Positions 38,062 through 51,494 of a stretch of DNA of 64,000 nt are shown here, piece by piece. Below the pieces are notes generated by a model. It did not search any database. It had not been told where the DNA came from and saw only the letters and a program-made list of their open reading frames with translations. This DNA comes from Lama guanicoe (Eukaryota): assembly GCA_013239625.1 (NCBI GenBank), contig MU053559.1:2834324-2898323 (forward strand). The letters run 5' to 3'. Each line of letters starts with the position of its first letter. The stretch's first letter is position 1. The translations under genes and the position numbers were made by a program.

Positions 38062-39243
38062 TACTGAAGGAGAACATTTTACTTTTGTCCAAAATATGTA
38101 ATCATTAAATGTATAATGATTTAGAATAACATAGTATACAGACTATTTTATCTATATTCGCATATTTTCCTAGCCCATGTAAACCACGAGAGGGAAACAG
38201 CTCTGTTACTGGGTAGCTGTGTGACCTTGAGCAGATTCTTAAAATAGCTTGGCCTTGGTTTTCTCATCTGTAACAAGAGAACATCTCACTGATCTCTTTC
38301 AGCTGTAATTAAAATCAGGGTAATGTTTTGGCACAATCAGATACCAAATCTTGACAAAGAAGACGAGGCCTCTAGGGTTGAAAAGTTGTTTACAGTTTAC
38401 ATGTAAATAAATATGCACGTGCTATAATTTAGTAATCAGATGGAAGCTAGCCATCGAAGTATGTAATTTCCCAAGCCAAGTGGTGATATCTAGGGCCCGA
38501 GAGTGGTGCCAACGCTCTGTCTTATTATATCCACTTTGTGCCTCATTTTGACCATTTGTAAAGTGAGGTTCTGCTAGTAGCCAGTTGAGTCTTGTTCAAT
38601 TTCAAATAAATTTCATCAGCATGATTTTTAATCTTATATCATCATTATACTTTACATTTGCAAACATTTTTAACTTTTCAAAACTCCTGTATATGCATTA
38701 GTTCATTTAATTCTCCCAACAGACTGAGGTAAGCAGGGTGGGTATTAATGAATGAGAAATTGAAAAACAAGAGGGGTGCATGAGGATCAGATCCACGAAT
38801 AACAGACTGGCAGGATTGGAAGAATCCTAAATGATAATTCCTTTGGAAGATAAGGAGACTGAGGGACTGAGGTGTGGAGATTTTAAATGACTTGTCCACA
38901 TTCAAATAGGTAATTGGAATTAAAACTAAAATCTTCTGATCTTGGTTTAACTCATTAAAATTGCATTCAGTTTTGCTTTAGATTAATGGCCTGATTATGT
39001 CCAAATTTATTTTACCCTGAGACATGCTAAGTTGTACGGAGTTTGACAGAAGCCTGCTGTTCTTATGTTAATGAAAAATTTCCTCTTTCTTCCTTATTTG
39101 CTGTCTTTAAAACTTTGTTAGTGTCTAAAACGTTTCACCAAAGTGTTTCATTTCAGTGTTAACTCAGACACAAGTGATGATAATTATGTTCCAAAGTTTA
39201 GAAAATTATGCACAAATTATCAATTAAGCAAATGTTTCAACAG

Positions 39244-39418
39244 TTATATGCCTCATCAAGAGAAATTATGCAAACTCTGAGAGAATGACAATTTTACACA
39301 AGATGTTTTTATTTATTACATTTCCTAAATTGTTGTGGATAATTTCCAACGACTTTATCAAAATATGACACCATTTACGTTCCAGATAAAATTTTGTGAC
39401 CAGAGATTTTTCTCAAAT
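39244..39418 (+). pseudogene. Putative fossil exon
   Basis: Acceptor TTTCAACAG; YMPHQEKLCKL*ENDNFTQDVFIYYIS*IVVDNFQRLYQNMTPFTFQIKFCDQRFFSN; weak donor. Confidence 0.4.
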
Positions 39419-40099
39419 GTATTATAAACATAGCACCCCATGTCAATCTTAGGCATGCATGTGAAGTCTGAAAAGTTTATCAAACTCAATACATCATAAA
39501 CTAACGTTTCGTATACATCTGCTTTCTCCTCAGTGTTCATTGTGTTGGGCGACACTGTCTCTAGCTGTCTACATTCCTGTGTTAGAAATCTTGCAATTAA
39601 TTCTGGTGTCTTCTTCCTCCACCACATCTATTACCTCAGCAAGTCCCATTGACTCGGTCTGTGAAATATTTCCTGAATCTGTCTTCTCCATTTCCTTTCT
39701 AATTAAAGTCCAGATTCAAAGAACAGTAAAGTGATACAAAGGCTTTAAGAGGCTGGATGTAAGTGTTTAAAATACAGTTCTCTTGAATGTGTTTGGGGCT
39801 TTTGCTCCATTCTATTCCGTTTAATAAAATCAACTTTTACTGAGTACCTACCCTGCACTAAACAATCTGCTAGATTCTGGAAGGTACAAGAATAATTATG
39901 ACATGTGGGTCAGGCCGTTATGAGGACAGATATACAGACAATTAATTATAATACAGTTAAAGGCAGAACGGAAAAGTTTCCATAGTATAGGTGTATTATA
40001 TCCAGAAAGCGTTTACAAGGAAGTGGCTTCAGAGCAGTTTTGACGATTTGGAGACAGACCAGTGATGGGAGGTGGTAGACAAAGGAACAACTTGTGACA

Positions 40100-43000
40100 A
40101 GTTATGGAATTGGCTTTCTGGTAAGATAGCACACAATACATTCTTTCTAGTTTAAATTTATAGCATCAACAAACATGACATAAAAGTGAAAAAGGAAAAA
40201 AAAAATATAGCCGGACTTAAAAGCAAGGTAAACAACTGCTTGGACAGAAAATGAACAGGGATAGAAAATGATGGTGTCATAAAGCCTCAGGATTGGGAAG
40301 TTCTGGTTCTGGAAGCTCATAGTGGTTCTGCAGGATAAAGGAAGCTAAATCGAACCCGTATAGGAAGGAAGGCAGTCATCAGGGCTCTGCTTAAAGCCAG
40401 TGGAGGGGTGGTACTTTCTCATCTAGTAAAAAGATTGAGGGGGGTGGAGGAGGCTATTGCCAATAATTTATAGAGACTCTGACTTTTAGCAAGCTGTAGA
40501 TCTAGTAAGGGGGGAGGACACCAATACAGCCTTGGCACCTGGAACTAAATCAAGTCATCCATTGGATACTATCAGACAAGACTTCAGAAAAGCCATCATA
40601 AAACCTGATTTTGAACTCAGCTTCCTGGGAGTGGAGTGAAGGGTTCATCAGAAATTCTAGGGTTGGGGGAGGGGGTTGAGGGCATAGCTCGTGCTTAGCA
40701 TGCATGAGGTCCTGAAGTTCAATCCCCAGTACCTCCATTATAAATAAATAAATAAAAACCTAATTACCCACCCTCAAAAAAAAGAAAAGAAAAAGAAAAA
40801 AGAAATTCTAGAGAGGATAGGAAAAGGACAGAGGAGAAAGGAGATCCACCCACTGGCCATTCAAAAGACCACACCAGTCAAAATTTCAAAAACACATATG
40901 AAAATCTAAGGCCAAGATACATTAACTATAAATCAATATTTATTTATTTATTGCAGGCAATAATAACTTATGAAACAGCCCTCAAGGATTTTAAACTAAC
41001 AAGATTAGAATGTTCAAAGGGAATAATGAAAGAATAGGTTTTATTCACAAGTGCATGGAATTATGAATAAAAATAAGCAGAAGAGAAACAAGAATAGGTA
41101 GATATGAAAATGAATCAATTATGCATTTTAAAATAAAAATACAATTGAAAAATTTAAAAAAACAATAGAGAGGATAAACTCTAGATTGGACACAGTTAAA
41201 GGGACACCTTTTGTGAATTGAAAAGTTGTCCCGATGAACTCCCCTAAAACAGAGCCCAAAGAGAAAAAAAGATTAAAAATAAACATGAGGAGGAAGGGTA
41301 TAGCTCAATGACAGAGTGCGTGCCTTGCATGCACAAGGTCCTGGGTTCAATCCCCAGTAACTCCATTAAAAATAAATAAATAAACCTAATTCCCCCACCC
41401 CTCACCAAAACAATAAACAAACAAAAAAAAACCCCAAAAGCAAAAAACAAAAACAAAAACAAACATGAAAGGGTAGTTAAGAGACATGGAGGATTCAAAA
41501 CAGGAATTCTAAAGTAAGAGAGTTGGAGAAATGGCAGCAAAGCACTATTTCAAGATATAAAAGCTGATAATTTTCTAAAATTGAAGACATGGGTCTTTAG
41601 ATCAAAAGTGCTGAATACCAAACAGGAGAAAAGAATCTGCAACTAGATACATTGAAGTGAAATTGCAAAGCATCAATGATACAGAGAAAATATAAAAGCT
41701 TATTGAAGAGAGTAAAAACTTACTTTCAAAGGTACAACAATTAGTCTAAATTGCAGATTCCTCATGGCATCAATAGATAATAGAGTAGTATTTTCAAGGT
41801 ATTGACAGGAAATAACTGCAACCTGGACCTTTATTTCCTATTAAAATATCATTTTAAAAAACTGGGGACAAAATCAGGACATTTTCATACCTAGATGCTA
41901 GAAAAATTAGTCAGTCACAGACTTTACACTATAAGAATTATTAAAGAATGTACTTCAGCGAGGACAAAAGTGAGGCCCAGAGGGAAAGAGTGGGGTGTGA
42001 GAAATAGCAGTGAGACTAGAAACTGACAAAATATGTCAGCAGATTTAATTACCTGTTGCCCATGACTTTAAAAAGAAAACAATTTATTGCATTCAAAAAG
42101 TAAAAACGACACTCTAGATAACAATATAAATATTATAGAGGGAGAGGTAATTCAGTAGAGAGTTAAAGAGTATTAAAAATCTGCGTTATGTTCAGGAGGG
42201 GATAAAAATACTGAATAACTTTAGATTTTGTTAAGAAAATTTATACTTAAGTATGGATAGAAACGTTAAAGATAGCTACTAGAATTAGAGAAATGCAATC
42301 TCTAATTTTCAAACTAGCCGAGGTAGGAAAAGAAATGAAAAGGAATAAGTAAACAGAAAACAAATGCTAAGAAGATAACATTGGTTCGGATATGCTAGTC
42401 ATCATCAGAAACATTTACAGATAAACTCAGCAAAGGACAGAGACTGTAAGATTGAGTGGATAAAACAAAATCCAGTGACATACAGCTTATAAAAATCACA
42501 GGTAAATGAAACAACATGAGAAGGCTTTTTTCTTTTCCCTTCTTAGCAGAGGCACTGGCGATTGAACCCAGGACCTGCTGCACGCCAAGCACAGTCTCTG
42601 CCGCTATACCCGCCACCCCAACGTATAGGAAGTTTTGAAGTAAAGAGATGAAACCATTTCTTGAGCTTTGTTCGACTAGCAACATAATTTCAAACTGATA
42701 GAATTACAAAGAGAAATTTACAATTAACAATTATATTGTGAACATTTAACAAAACTCTCTCTTATGACTCATACTGATAGAGTGTACAAACCAAAGAAAG
42801 TAAGAATATAAAAACAAACATATGGAGTACAGAGGTTGAAGATAGGACAGAAATTTTGTGAGACACAATTAACAAACTTGACTTAGTATTTAATGTAACA
42901 CTTTGTGCCTAAGAAATAGAGACTTCCTTTCAATACCCGGCTCATTGGATGAGAGTTGTATGACATTAATACCAAACAGGACAAAGATTACATGGGAAAA

Positions 43001-43560
43001 GGAAATTATAAACAAGTTTCATTTATGAACAGTGTTGTAAATATCCTAAATAAAATACAAGCCACTCAAATCCAACAGTATATGCAAAAATAATAATTGA
43101 TGACCAAGTAGGATGTACCATAGAAATGCAAAGAACACATCAGAAAATCTATCAATGTAGCGCAGCACAATAACAGATTAAAAGAAAAAAAAAGATGCAC
43201 AAAAGACACTCTAAAAATTACAAAATTAATTCGTGATCAAAATCTTACTTTTAACTGCATCTGTCAAGTTTAATTTTCTTAAAAGACCTATAATGGCAAT
43301 TTTGATAAAATGTTAATAATTATTGAAGCTGCATGATGGAGATTCATTACACTATTCTATCCACTTCTGTGTTATGTTCAAAATGTTCTGTAATAAAAAG
43401 TTTTAAAATGCTCAGAAATTTAAAAAATGACCTGAATAAGGCAACATGGTAGGTGGGTATATGTTAATATATTATTTTTTTTTATTTTTTATGTTTGTAA
43501 TATTTTACAATCTTTAATATTTGCAATTTAATTTTACAATTAAAGCCACACAAAAATAGT
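40100..43560 (+). mobile_element. Ancient L1 fragments with three Vic-1-like SINEs (~40661-40800 +, ~41288-41460 +, ~42525-42620 -)
   Basis: Degenerate ORF1/ORF2-like A-rich sequence; SINE TSDs AGAAATTCTAG and AAACATGA. Confidence 0.65.
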
Positions 43561-44067
43561 CATGGAGGCCCCCAAAGCAAAGTTTAAATAAATAATTTGA
43601 ACTGGAGTCAAGAAATAAGGATAAATATTACTGAAGACGTAGGAAAGCATAAGGTTTTTTTTTTATTGAAGTAGTTGATTTACAGTGTTGTGCTAGTTTC
43701 TGGTGTACAACATTGTGATTTAGTTATAGATATATATCTATATTCTTTTCATATCCTTTTTCCTTACAGGTTATCACAAGATATTGAATATAGTTCCCTG
43801 TGGTATACAGTACGTCTTTGTTGTTTATCTATTTTATACCTAGTAGTTTGTATCTGCAAATCCTAAATTCCTAATTTACCTGCCCCCCCGCCAGCTTTCC
43901 CCTTTGGGAAATAGCTAATGGCTATTGAACAGCACAGATATAGAAAGTTTCCATCACTGCAGAAAGTTCTGTTGGAGAGCACTGCTTTAGTTTTATTATT
44001 ACTATTATTATCATTTTATATCTGACTTCTTCTAGAGGCACTAAATTTATTTTGACATTCATCAAAC

Positions 44068-44293
44068 CAGGGTTTCTCAACCTGAGCACTACTGATGTTT
44101 GGGGCTAGGTAATTATTATGGGAGGCTGTCCTGTGTGTTGCAGAATATTTAGCAGTATCCCTGGCCTCTACCCACTAGACACCAGTAGCACCCTCAACCC
44201 CAGCTTGTGACAATCAGTATCTCCAGACATTGCCAGATGTCACCTGTGGGGTATGTGTGCACGCGTGTGTGCGTATGAAAATTGCCCTTGGTT
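44068..44293. mobile_element. MER20 hAT-Charlie element
   Basis: CAGGGTTTCTCAACCTG..GCAGTATCCCTGGCCTCTACCCACTAGA..CTCCAGACATTGCCAGATGTC. Confidence 0.82.
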
Positions 44294-44314
44294 AAATTAG
44301 TCTTAAACTTACAG

Positions 44315-44470
44315 AAACAATATTTTCTAAACTAATGCTTTACCTCTACTACAATCCTTTTGAGTGTGTCCATGGAAACCTGTCTCAGTGAGGGCAGAAT
44401 AATATACACAATACTGATGAATGAAAATCAGAAATTCTTATTTGTAATAGTTATCACATATGTGGTCTAG
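44315..44470 (+). pseudogene. Putative fossil exon (156 nt, phase 1-1)
   Basis: CTTACAG acceptor; TIFSKLMLYLYYNPFECVHGNLSQ*GQNNIHNTDE*KSEILICNSYHICGL; donor AG|GTGAAA. Confidence 0.4.
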
Positions 44471-44587
44471 GTGAAATTTTCTTTAGTGATTTTAAGAAGA
44501 GGACAAACTCATAATAATATTTACAGTTTTCTGGTCTTGACTTCCAACACCATAGCTTAATTTTGCCTGTTTTTCAATTGTACATGA

Positions 44588-44773
44588 AAGGTTGGCCTAT
44601 TTTTTTCTTGAAGAGTCAGCTAATAAATATTTTAGACTAGCAGGCCAGATGGTCGCTGTCACAAGTACTCAGCTGATGATGATACACAAACGAATGCGTG
44701 TGACTGCGTTTCAATAAAACTTTAATTACAAAAACATGTGTCCAGCCCATGGGCTGTAGTTTGATGACTCTTG
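44588..44773. mobile_element. MER58A-like MITE
   Basis: AATAAATATTTTAGACT..TTTCAATAAAACTTTAATTACAAAAAC..GGGCTGTAGTTTG. Confidence 0.72.
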
Positions 44774-45355
44774 CTTTATATAAATGAAATCATGTGGTAG
44801 GCATTATTTTTTGTGGTCTGGCTTCTTTTGCTCAACATTATATTCACAAAATTCGATCACGCTATTTTGCAGAGCTGTAGTCCATCATTCATAGTGTATG
44901 AACTAATGAAGTGGGTTTATTAGTCCATCTTGCCATTGATGGATATTTGGGTTAGTTCCAGTTGGAGGTTTTTATAGAAAGTGCTGCTGGGAACATAGGT
45001 GTGGTATTACACCTGGAAGAGGAGTCGCTGATATGGGTATGTTCTTTTTTTTTTTTTTTTTGGCATTCTTTTTTTATTGAAAAGTATAGTCAGTTTACAA
45101 GGTTGTGTCAATTTCTGGTGTACAGCGTCATGTTTTAGTCATACATAGACATACATAGATTTGTTTTCATATTCTTGTTCATCATAGGTTACTACAAGAT
45201 ATTGAATATAGTTCCCTGTGCTGTACAGAAGAAACTTGTGGTATGTTCATTTTTAGTAAACACTGCCAAATGGTTAATCTGAAGTGGTTGTACTGATTCA
45301 TACCAGCAGTGTCTGGGAGAGTCACACGCTCCATATACTTGCCAGCACTTGGTGG

Positions 45356-45794
45356 TGTTGGGGGAGAATAGGTTCTTGCCTTGCGCAGGAAAAAATTCAA
45401 GAGCAAGGCATGGAAAGCAAGTTTATTTAGAGAGATACACACTCCATAGACAGAGTGCAGGCCATCTCGGAAGGCAAGAGACAGAACTAGAGCGACCATG
45501 AGGTGCAGGGTTCTACGTTTTACGGGCTTGTGTATTTCACATGCTAATGAGTAGGAGGATTATTCCAGCTACTTTGGGGAAGGGGTGAGGACTTCCAGGA
45601 AACGCCCCCTGCCCACTTTTGGACCTTTTATGGACAGCCTATGAACTGTCATGGCACCTGTGGTTGTGCCATGAGGCTCCAGGTCTACTGGAAGTGAAAT
45701 CTTCCGCCAGCTTGGTTCTAACCAGTTTGTCCTGTCCTCAACTGCTGTGTCATTCCTTCAGCGGTTGTGCCCTGCCCTCATCCCTCCCACTCCA
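45356..45794 (-). mobile_element. ERV1-type solo LTR within an old reverse L1
   Basis: TG..CA ends; AATAAA and TATA-like motif on the minus strand. Confidence 0.7.
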
Positions 45795-46136
45795 GTATTA
45801 GTTCTTTTTCTTTTTCTTTTTCTTTCTTTTTTTTTTTTTCCTTCTGGAGTGTGGTTCGAAGTATTGCATTGTAGTTTTTTATTTGCATTTGCCTTAGCCT
45901 ATTTGTGATAGCCAAACTGGAACATCACATGCCAACTCCAATAAACATTGAGCACATTAAAGAAAAACAAAACAAAAACACAGGACACCTCGCTCACTGT
46001 TTCAGTATTGCTTTATAATAATTTAATACTTATTCTCTGGTCCTTCCTAGGAAGGACTGAAGCTTAAAAGTTTTTCTTCAGAAAGAAAGACAATTTCATA
46101 GAAAGTCTTAATCAAAATGTAGTAGAGAATAACTTT

Positions 46137-46431
46137 TGTTGGAAGTTTACAGGGACACCATGACCTGGCCCACGTGGATGGCTGCAAGAACAAAGAATGC
46201 CTGCAGCAAGAAGATTACAACAACCAACCACACCCCCTCCCTTGTTTTTTGTATAAAAGGAGCCTGTATTCTGACTAGAGCAGGATGGTTCTCCAAGACA
46301 TCAGTCTGCCGTCCTCTCGGTCTGCCGGCTTTCCGAATAAAGTCGCTACTCCTTGCCCCAACAGCTCGTCTCCCAGTTTATTGGCCTGTCGTGTGGCAAG
46401 CAGAACAAGTCTGGACTCGGCAGCAAAAACA
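46137..46431 (+). mobile_element. Short ERV solo LTR
   Basis: TG..CA ends, TATAAAA ~46252, AATAAA ~46336, flanks CTTT/TTTT. Confidence 0.72.
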
Positions 46432-46880
46432 TTTTTACTGTTTGAAACCATCCTATGTTCTTGAGTTAATTTAATCCTATGGTAATTATTCCTTATTTCA
46501 CCGAACTAATTATTTGCTCTGTCAAACCTCCTATATAACTACTGAATTTTTTACTTGAGGTAAGAATATTCCCATGACTTTAGTCACTCAGACCAGAAAG
46601 ATCCGAGTCACATTTGACTTTTCTGTTTTACCGTCATGCTGGTTCTAGCATTCCAGGGACTCTGTTATCCATCTCTGCCTTGGACCTCATTTGAGCTCTC
46701 ATCACCCTAGACCAGATCATTCCCAAGAGGGAAGGTGTAACTCTTTTTGATCACCCACCTTCTCCTCAAAGATCGTCAGGATGAGTCTCATACCTGGGTA
46801 CCTCAGTCACCAGCAAACTAGTGCCTCTGTATATCCCTCAGTGTGACTTACTCCCTGCTCCACATTGACCCCAAACCCTT

Positions 46881-47380
46881 AGTGATGGTTAATTTTATGT
46901 GTCAACTTGACTGAGCTAAGAGGTTTCCAGGTAGCTGGTTAAACATGATTTCTGGGTACGTCTGTGAGGGTGTCTTTGGAAAAGATTAGCATTTAAATCA
47001 GCAGACTGAGTTAAAAAGACTACCCTCATCAATGGGAGTGGGCATTGCCCAATCAGTTGAGGGCCTGAATAGATCAAAGAGGCAGAGGAAGAGGTAATTT
47101 GTTCTCTCTGCTTGAGCAGGGACGTCCATCTTCTCCTTCCGGTGGCCATCTTGGCCTTTGTAGTCAGACTGGGGCTTACACCACTGGCTCCCCTGGTTCT
47201 CAGGCCTTCAGGTTTGGAATGAACCTATACCACCAGCTCTCTTTGCAGCTTGCAGATGGCAGATTGTGAGACTTCTCAGCCTCATAATTGCATGAGGCAA
47301 TCCCTCATAATAAATCTTTTTCTGTATATCTATATGTAAGCTATTGGTTCTGTTTTTCTGGAGAGCCCTGACTAATAATA
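46881..47380 (+). mobile_element. MLT2 (ERVL) solo LTR
   Basis: GTGATGGTTAATTTTATGTGTCAACTTGAC..CTGGAGAGCCCTGACTAATA. Confidence 0.85.
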
Positions 47381-48103
47381 TACCCTTCTCCCGTGCACTC
47401 AGGAACCCAAGGTCAGTTGTCAGGAAAACATTCTGTAGCCTCAACCTCTTCTCTAAATCTACACTTTTCTGCTCTAACTTCAGGACACAGCTTCCCCCGT
47501 AGCCCTTTCATGAAAGGGGTGTGAGCTCTTTCTCTCCCTTACCCCTCATACCATTGGGTTTAAAGATGGAGTAAGTATCCTCCTTACCCTTTCTTGCTAC
47601 GTACAGAGCATCTTTGACTCTTCCTCTGCCTTCACAACCCGAGTTCCTTTGCAATCTGAGCAGTTAAAGTCTGTTGCCTTACAGTCACTCTCATGCACTG
47701 AAAACCCGAACCCCTGGCTCATGGTCCCTTGGGTACTTTTTTTTTTTTTTTTACAGTTTAATAGAATATTGATTTATTCCCTGTGGTACTTGACAGGACA
47801 AAAATCCAAATCTGGGTAAACCTAACTCTGTCTACTCTACTCTATGCCTGTTCTTATGGCTGAGTGTGGCTGGGGAAAAATACAGACTTAAGACAAGGAG
47901 TTTCACTTTAAATATATCCTACTTTAGGGTTACCTTTTAATTCTTCTTTAAAAGGTTTTTTGATGGATAGAAATTCTCAAGGTTATTGTAGGTCAGTTTA
48001 TAAATAATTTCTTTTTACATTTGGTATTTTGGGTACCTGGTTCAAGAACTGCTTCCCTTCTTCACACTCTTGAGTGATATGAGGACTGGAGTCATGAAAA
48101 GAC

Positions 48104-48678
48104 TGAAGGAGGATTAATAAAATGGCCACCCTTAGGCTAACAGTTTGCTTATTCTTATGCTTGCCCTTAAAATGGTCAACTGACCTGACTGACCGGTTGC
48201 TACTCATAGTTCCAAGCCCATTGTTAAAACTGAAGCTGTTGATCTTATTGTTTCTACTTTATTCCAGTAATTGAAAGTAATATTCACGCTTGGTCCCTGA
48301 GTCCTTCTCCAAGGACTATAACCTTACAAAATAGCCTGAATTACCAAGAAGACCACACCTTGAGTGCTTACGAGATAAAGAGATCTAAGCAGTAGCCTCC
48401 ATAGAATTGGTTGCCTGGAGGCATCATGTCACCATTCTAAGTCTTCTCATGGGAAAGTGATTCTGTTGATCATTATGGATGCTTCATTGTTTGAGCTATG
48501 GCTGTATAACCACCCCATCCCATCCTCAAGGTGGGGTCACAGTTTTGAAGGCACTTAGTCTGCTGTGATTCCCCTTTGCCTGCCAAAGCAATAAAACTGC
48601 CTCTTTTCTTCAAAGCTCCAAGACCTTGTCTCTGGGTTATTTGGCTCGTCAGGGACAGGGGCCAATCTTTCGGCAACA
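48104..48678 (+). mobile_element. ERV1-type solo LTR
   Basis: TGAAGG..GGCAACA, perfect 4-bp TSD AGAC, internal AATAAA. Confidence 0.8.
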
Positions 48679-49642
48679 AGACCATCCTTGGTCAGGTTTT
48701 TTTGTCCAGCTACTTAAGGGCACAGAGGAGAGCAATGGTTACAGAATTCATAGTAGAATTTTTTTAATGTAATAATTTTTTTGAGCATCTACTTTGCATG
48801 CTGACTGAAAGGCTTTGTGTGTGTGTGTGTTTTAAAGTTATATTATGAAAATTTTCAGCCATACACAAAATACTACCTATCATCCAGTTTCAACAATGGT
48901 CAACATTTTACTATTCTTGTGTCATCTCTCCCATTCCTATTTCTTTTTTTTCTCCCCCTATGGAATATTTTAAGATATATCTAGGTACCACATCATTTTA
49001 CTGATAAAAACTTGGGTAAATATTTGTGATTTAAAAAAAATGATCATAACGCCATTATTATACCTAATAAAATTAATTGTAATTTCTTAATATTACTTAT
49101 CTACGTCTTCCAAATGCCTCAGAAAATTTTTTTATGATTGCTTTGTTTGAATCAGAATTCAAACATGGTCAACACATTTCATTTGGTTGATATACCTGTG
49201 AAGTCTCCTTCTGGGTCATGGCTTGAAGATGTTTCTTGTGGTCTACATTTAGCTGATTCCATCCTTGTGGTGTCATTTAGCATGTTCCTCTGGCCCTATT
49301 CTTCCACTGTGTTTTCACATATTCTTATGGAAGTGTGATTCAATTCAGATTTAGTTCTTTCCACAGGAATACCACATAGGTAGTGTTGTGTACGTCCCAT
49401 TATATGACAGCAGGAGATTTCACCCTGTATGATGTTAAGATGGGTCAGAGGGTTTAGGTGCTGTCAGTTTGATCCAACCTTTTTACCTAATGCCTTTGAG
49501 CAGTTATTGATGATTATTGTCTAGGTTTGTGATTTCATATGGTGTTGCAGAATGGTAGCTTCCTAATTCTAGCATTTCTTTTGTGTTTATTGCCTAGAAT
49601 TATTTTATAAAGAAGAATGTTCTCCCACCAATGATTACTTTA

Positions 49643-50116
49643 TGTTATAGACTGCATGTCTCTGTACCCTCAAATTCAAAAGTTGAAACCCTAATTTCCA
49701 ACGTGTTGGGTTTTGGAGATGGGGGCCTTTGGGAAGTGATTAGGTCATGAGAATGGAGCCTTCATGAATGGGAGTAGTGCCCTTATAAGAAGAGACAGGA
49801 GGCTGTTCTCCCTTCTGAGATGGACGGCATTCTGCCTATGGAATGTATATCTCTCTAAATAAACTTGCTTTCACTTAAAAAAAAAAAGAAAGAGAGAGAC
49901 AAGAGAGCTTGCTTCCTCTCTCTCTGCTCTCTGCCATGTGAAGATGGCAAGAAGATGACAGTCTGCAAACCAGGAGGCAGGTCCTTACCAGACAATGGAT
50001 CTGCAAGCACCTTGATCTTGGACATCCCAGCCTTCGGAACCATGAGAAATAAATGCTTGCTATTTAAGCCACCCAGTCTGTAGTAACTTGTTTAGCAGTG
50101 TGAGCTGATTAAGACA
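49643..50116 (+). mobile_element. MLT1A-like LTR with an internal retroposed insert
   Basis: GGGGCCTTTGGGAAGTGATTAGGTCATGAG..GAGAAATAAATGCTTGCTATTTAAGCCACCCAG. Confidence 0.8.
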
Positions 50117-50172
50117 CCTTGAAATACAGTTGGTACAGAAAAAGTAGGATACATTCTGATTTGTTCCCTCTT

Positions 50173-50950
50173 GTATTAGTTTCCTCATGCTGCATAACAG
50201 ATCACCACAAATGTAGCAACTTAAAATAACGCTCATTTCTTATCTCACAGTTCTAAAGGTCAAAAGTCCAGTCAGTCTCTGCTTAGGGTCTCACAGGGCC
50301 AAAGTCAAGGTATTAGTTAAGCTGAAATCTCATTCTGGAGAAGAATCTGCTTCCAAGCTAATTCAGGTTTTGGCAGAATCTAGTTCCTTGTTAGTATGAA
50401 TCTGAGATCCCTGTTTCTTTGCTGGTTGTCAGCTGGGGCCTCTCTGTGCTCTGAGAGGCCACCTGCATTCCTTCTCATGTGGCTCCCTCCATCTTCAGAC
50501 CAACAGTGGCCATGGAGTCCTTCTCATGCTTTGAATCTCTCACTTCCTCTTCTGCCGCCAGCTGGAGAAAACTCCCTGCTTTTTTTGTTTGTTTGTTTAT
50601 TTGATTTTAAAGTACTTATTTAATTTCATTTTAATTTTTTGTTGTGTGGGGGGAATTAGGTCTATTTATTTACTTATATTTTAATGGAGGTACGGGGGAT
50701 TGAAACCAGGACCTCGTGCGTGCTAAGCATGCGCTGTACCACTGAGCTATGACCTTCCCCCAAAAAACTCCCTGCTTTTAAGGGGCTGACCTGATCAAGC
50801 CCACTGTGATAAGTCTCTGTATTTTAAGATTAACTAATTTGAGATTTTGATTACTTCTGCAAAGTCTTTTCACAGCAAAACCTAGTTCAGTGTTTGAATA
50901 AACCCGGGATAGGAATTTCAGAGGCCATTTTGACGATTCTGCCCAGCACA
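50173..50950 (-). mobile_element. MLT1 LTR containing a Vic-1-like SINE (~50585-50761, -)
   Basis: TGTATTAGTTTCC start; SINE TSD AAAACTCCCTGCTTTT. Confidence 0.75.
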
Positions 50951-51494
50951 ACTCTTTATATCTGTATTCCAAATAATAATAATAATCCTAGCAAAGTTGA
51001 CTAATGAATTTTCTTTTATTAGCATCTCTATGATGTATGGATTTTTATATATTTGATGTGTTGTAACCCTTTGCATTCACTCTGCTATTGATGCTCAAAT
51101 TTTCCCCTCTTTGGCCACTGGAAGTGTCCTCAAGTTGGTTTCTGTGTCGTTTTGACAAGACTTCGGTAGTCTTTGATAGCTTTCTTGGCTATGGCACAAG
51201 GTGTTTTAGGCTAACCTTGTCAATTTCTTCCTCTAACATTGAAATCAGCTCTTTCTTCAAGGAGCTTTGGCTCCTTTTAGTGGAAGGTAGATTTAGATAT
51301 CACAGTCCGGGCACTGAGTTGTCATAATATCTACTCCTTTGTTAGTGGACAGAGCTAGGAAATATGCGTTTTTTCAGAAAAAGAAAACAGATCACAAATT
51401 TATATGGATATTTCCACTTTAAGTTTAAGATTGCAGGGTTTCCCCTTAATTTTATATTTGTATCTTTTTCCTCCTTTGCCATAAAATTTGATTT

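Noticed and set aside
38303..38403. Candidate exon AVIKIRVMFW..
   Set aside because: The acceptor appears to be the end of a MIR, so it is probably coincidental
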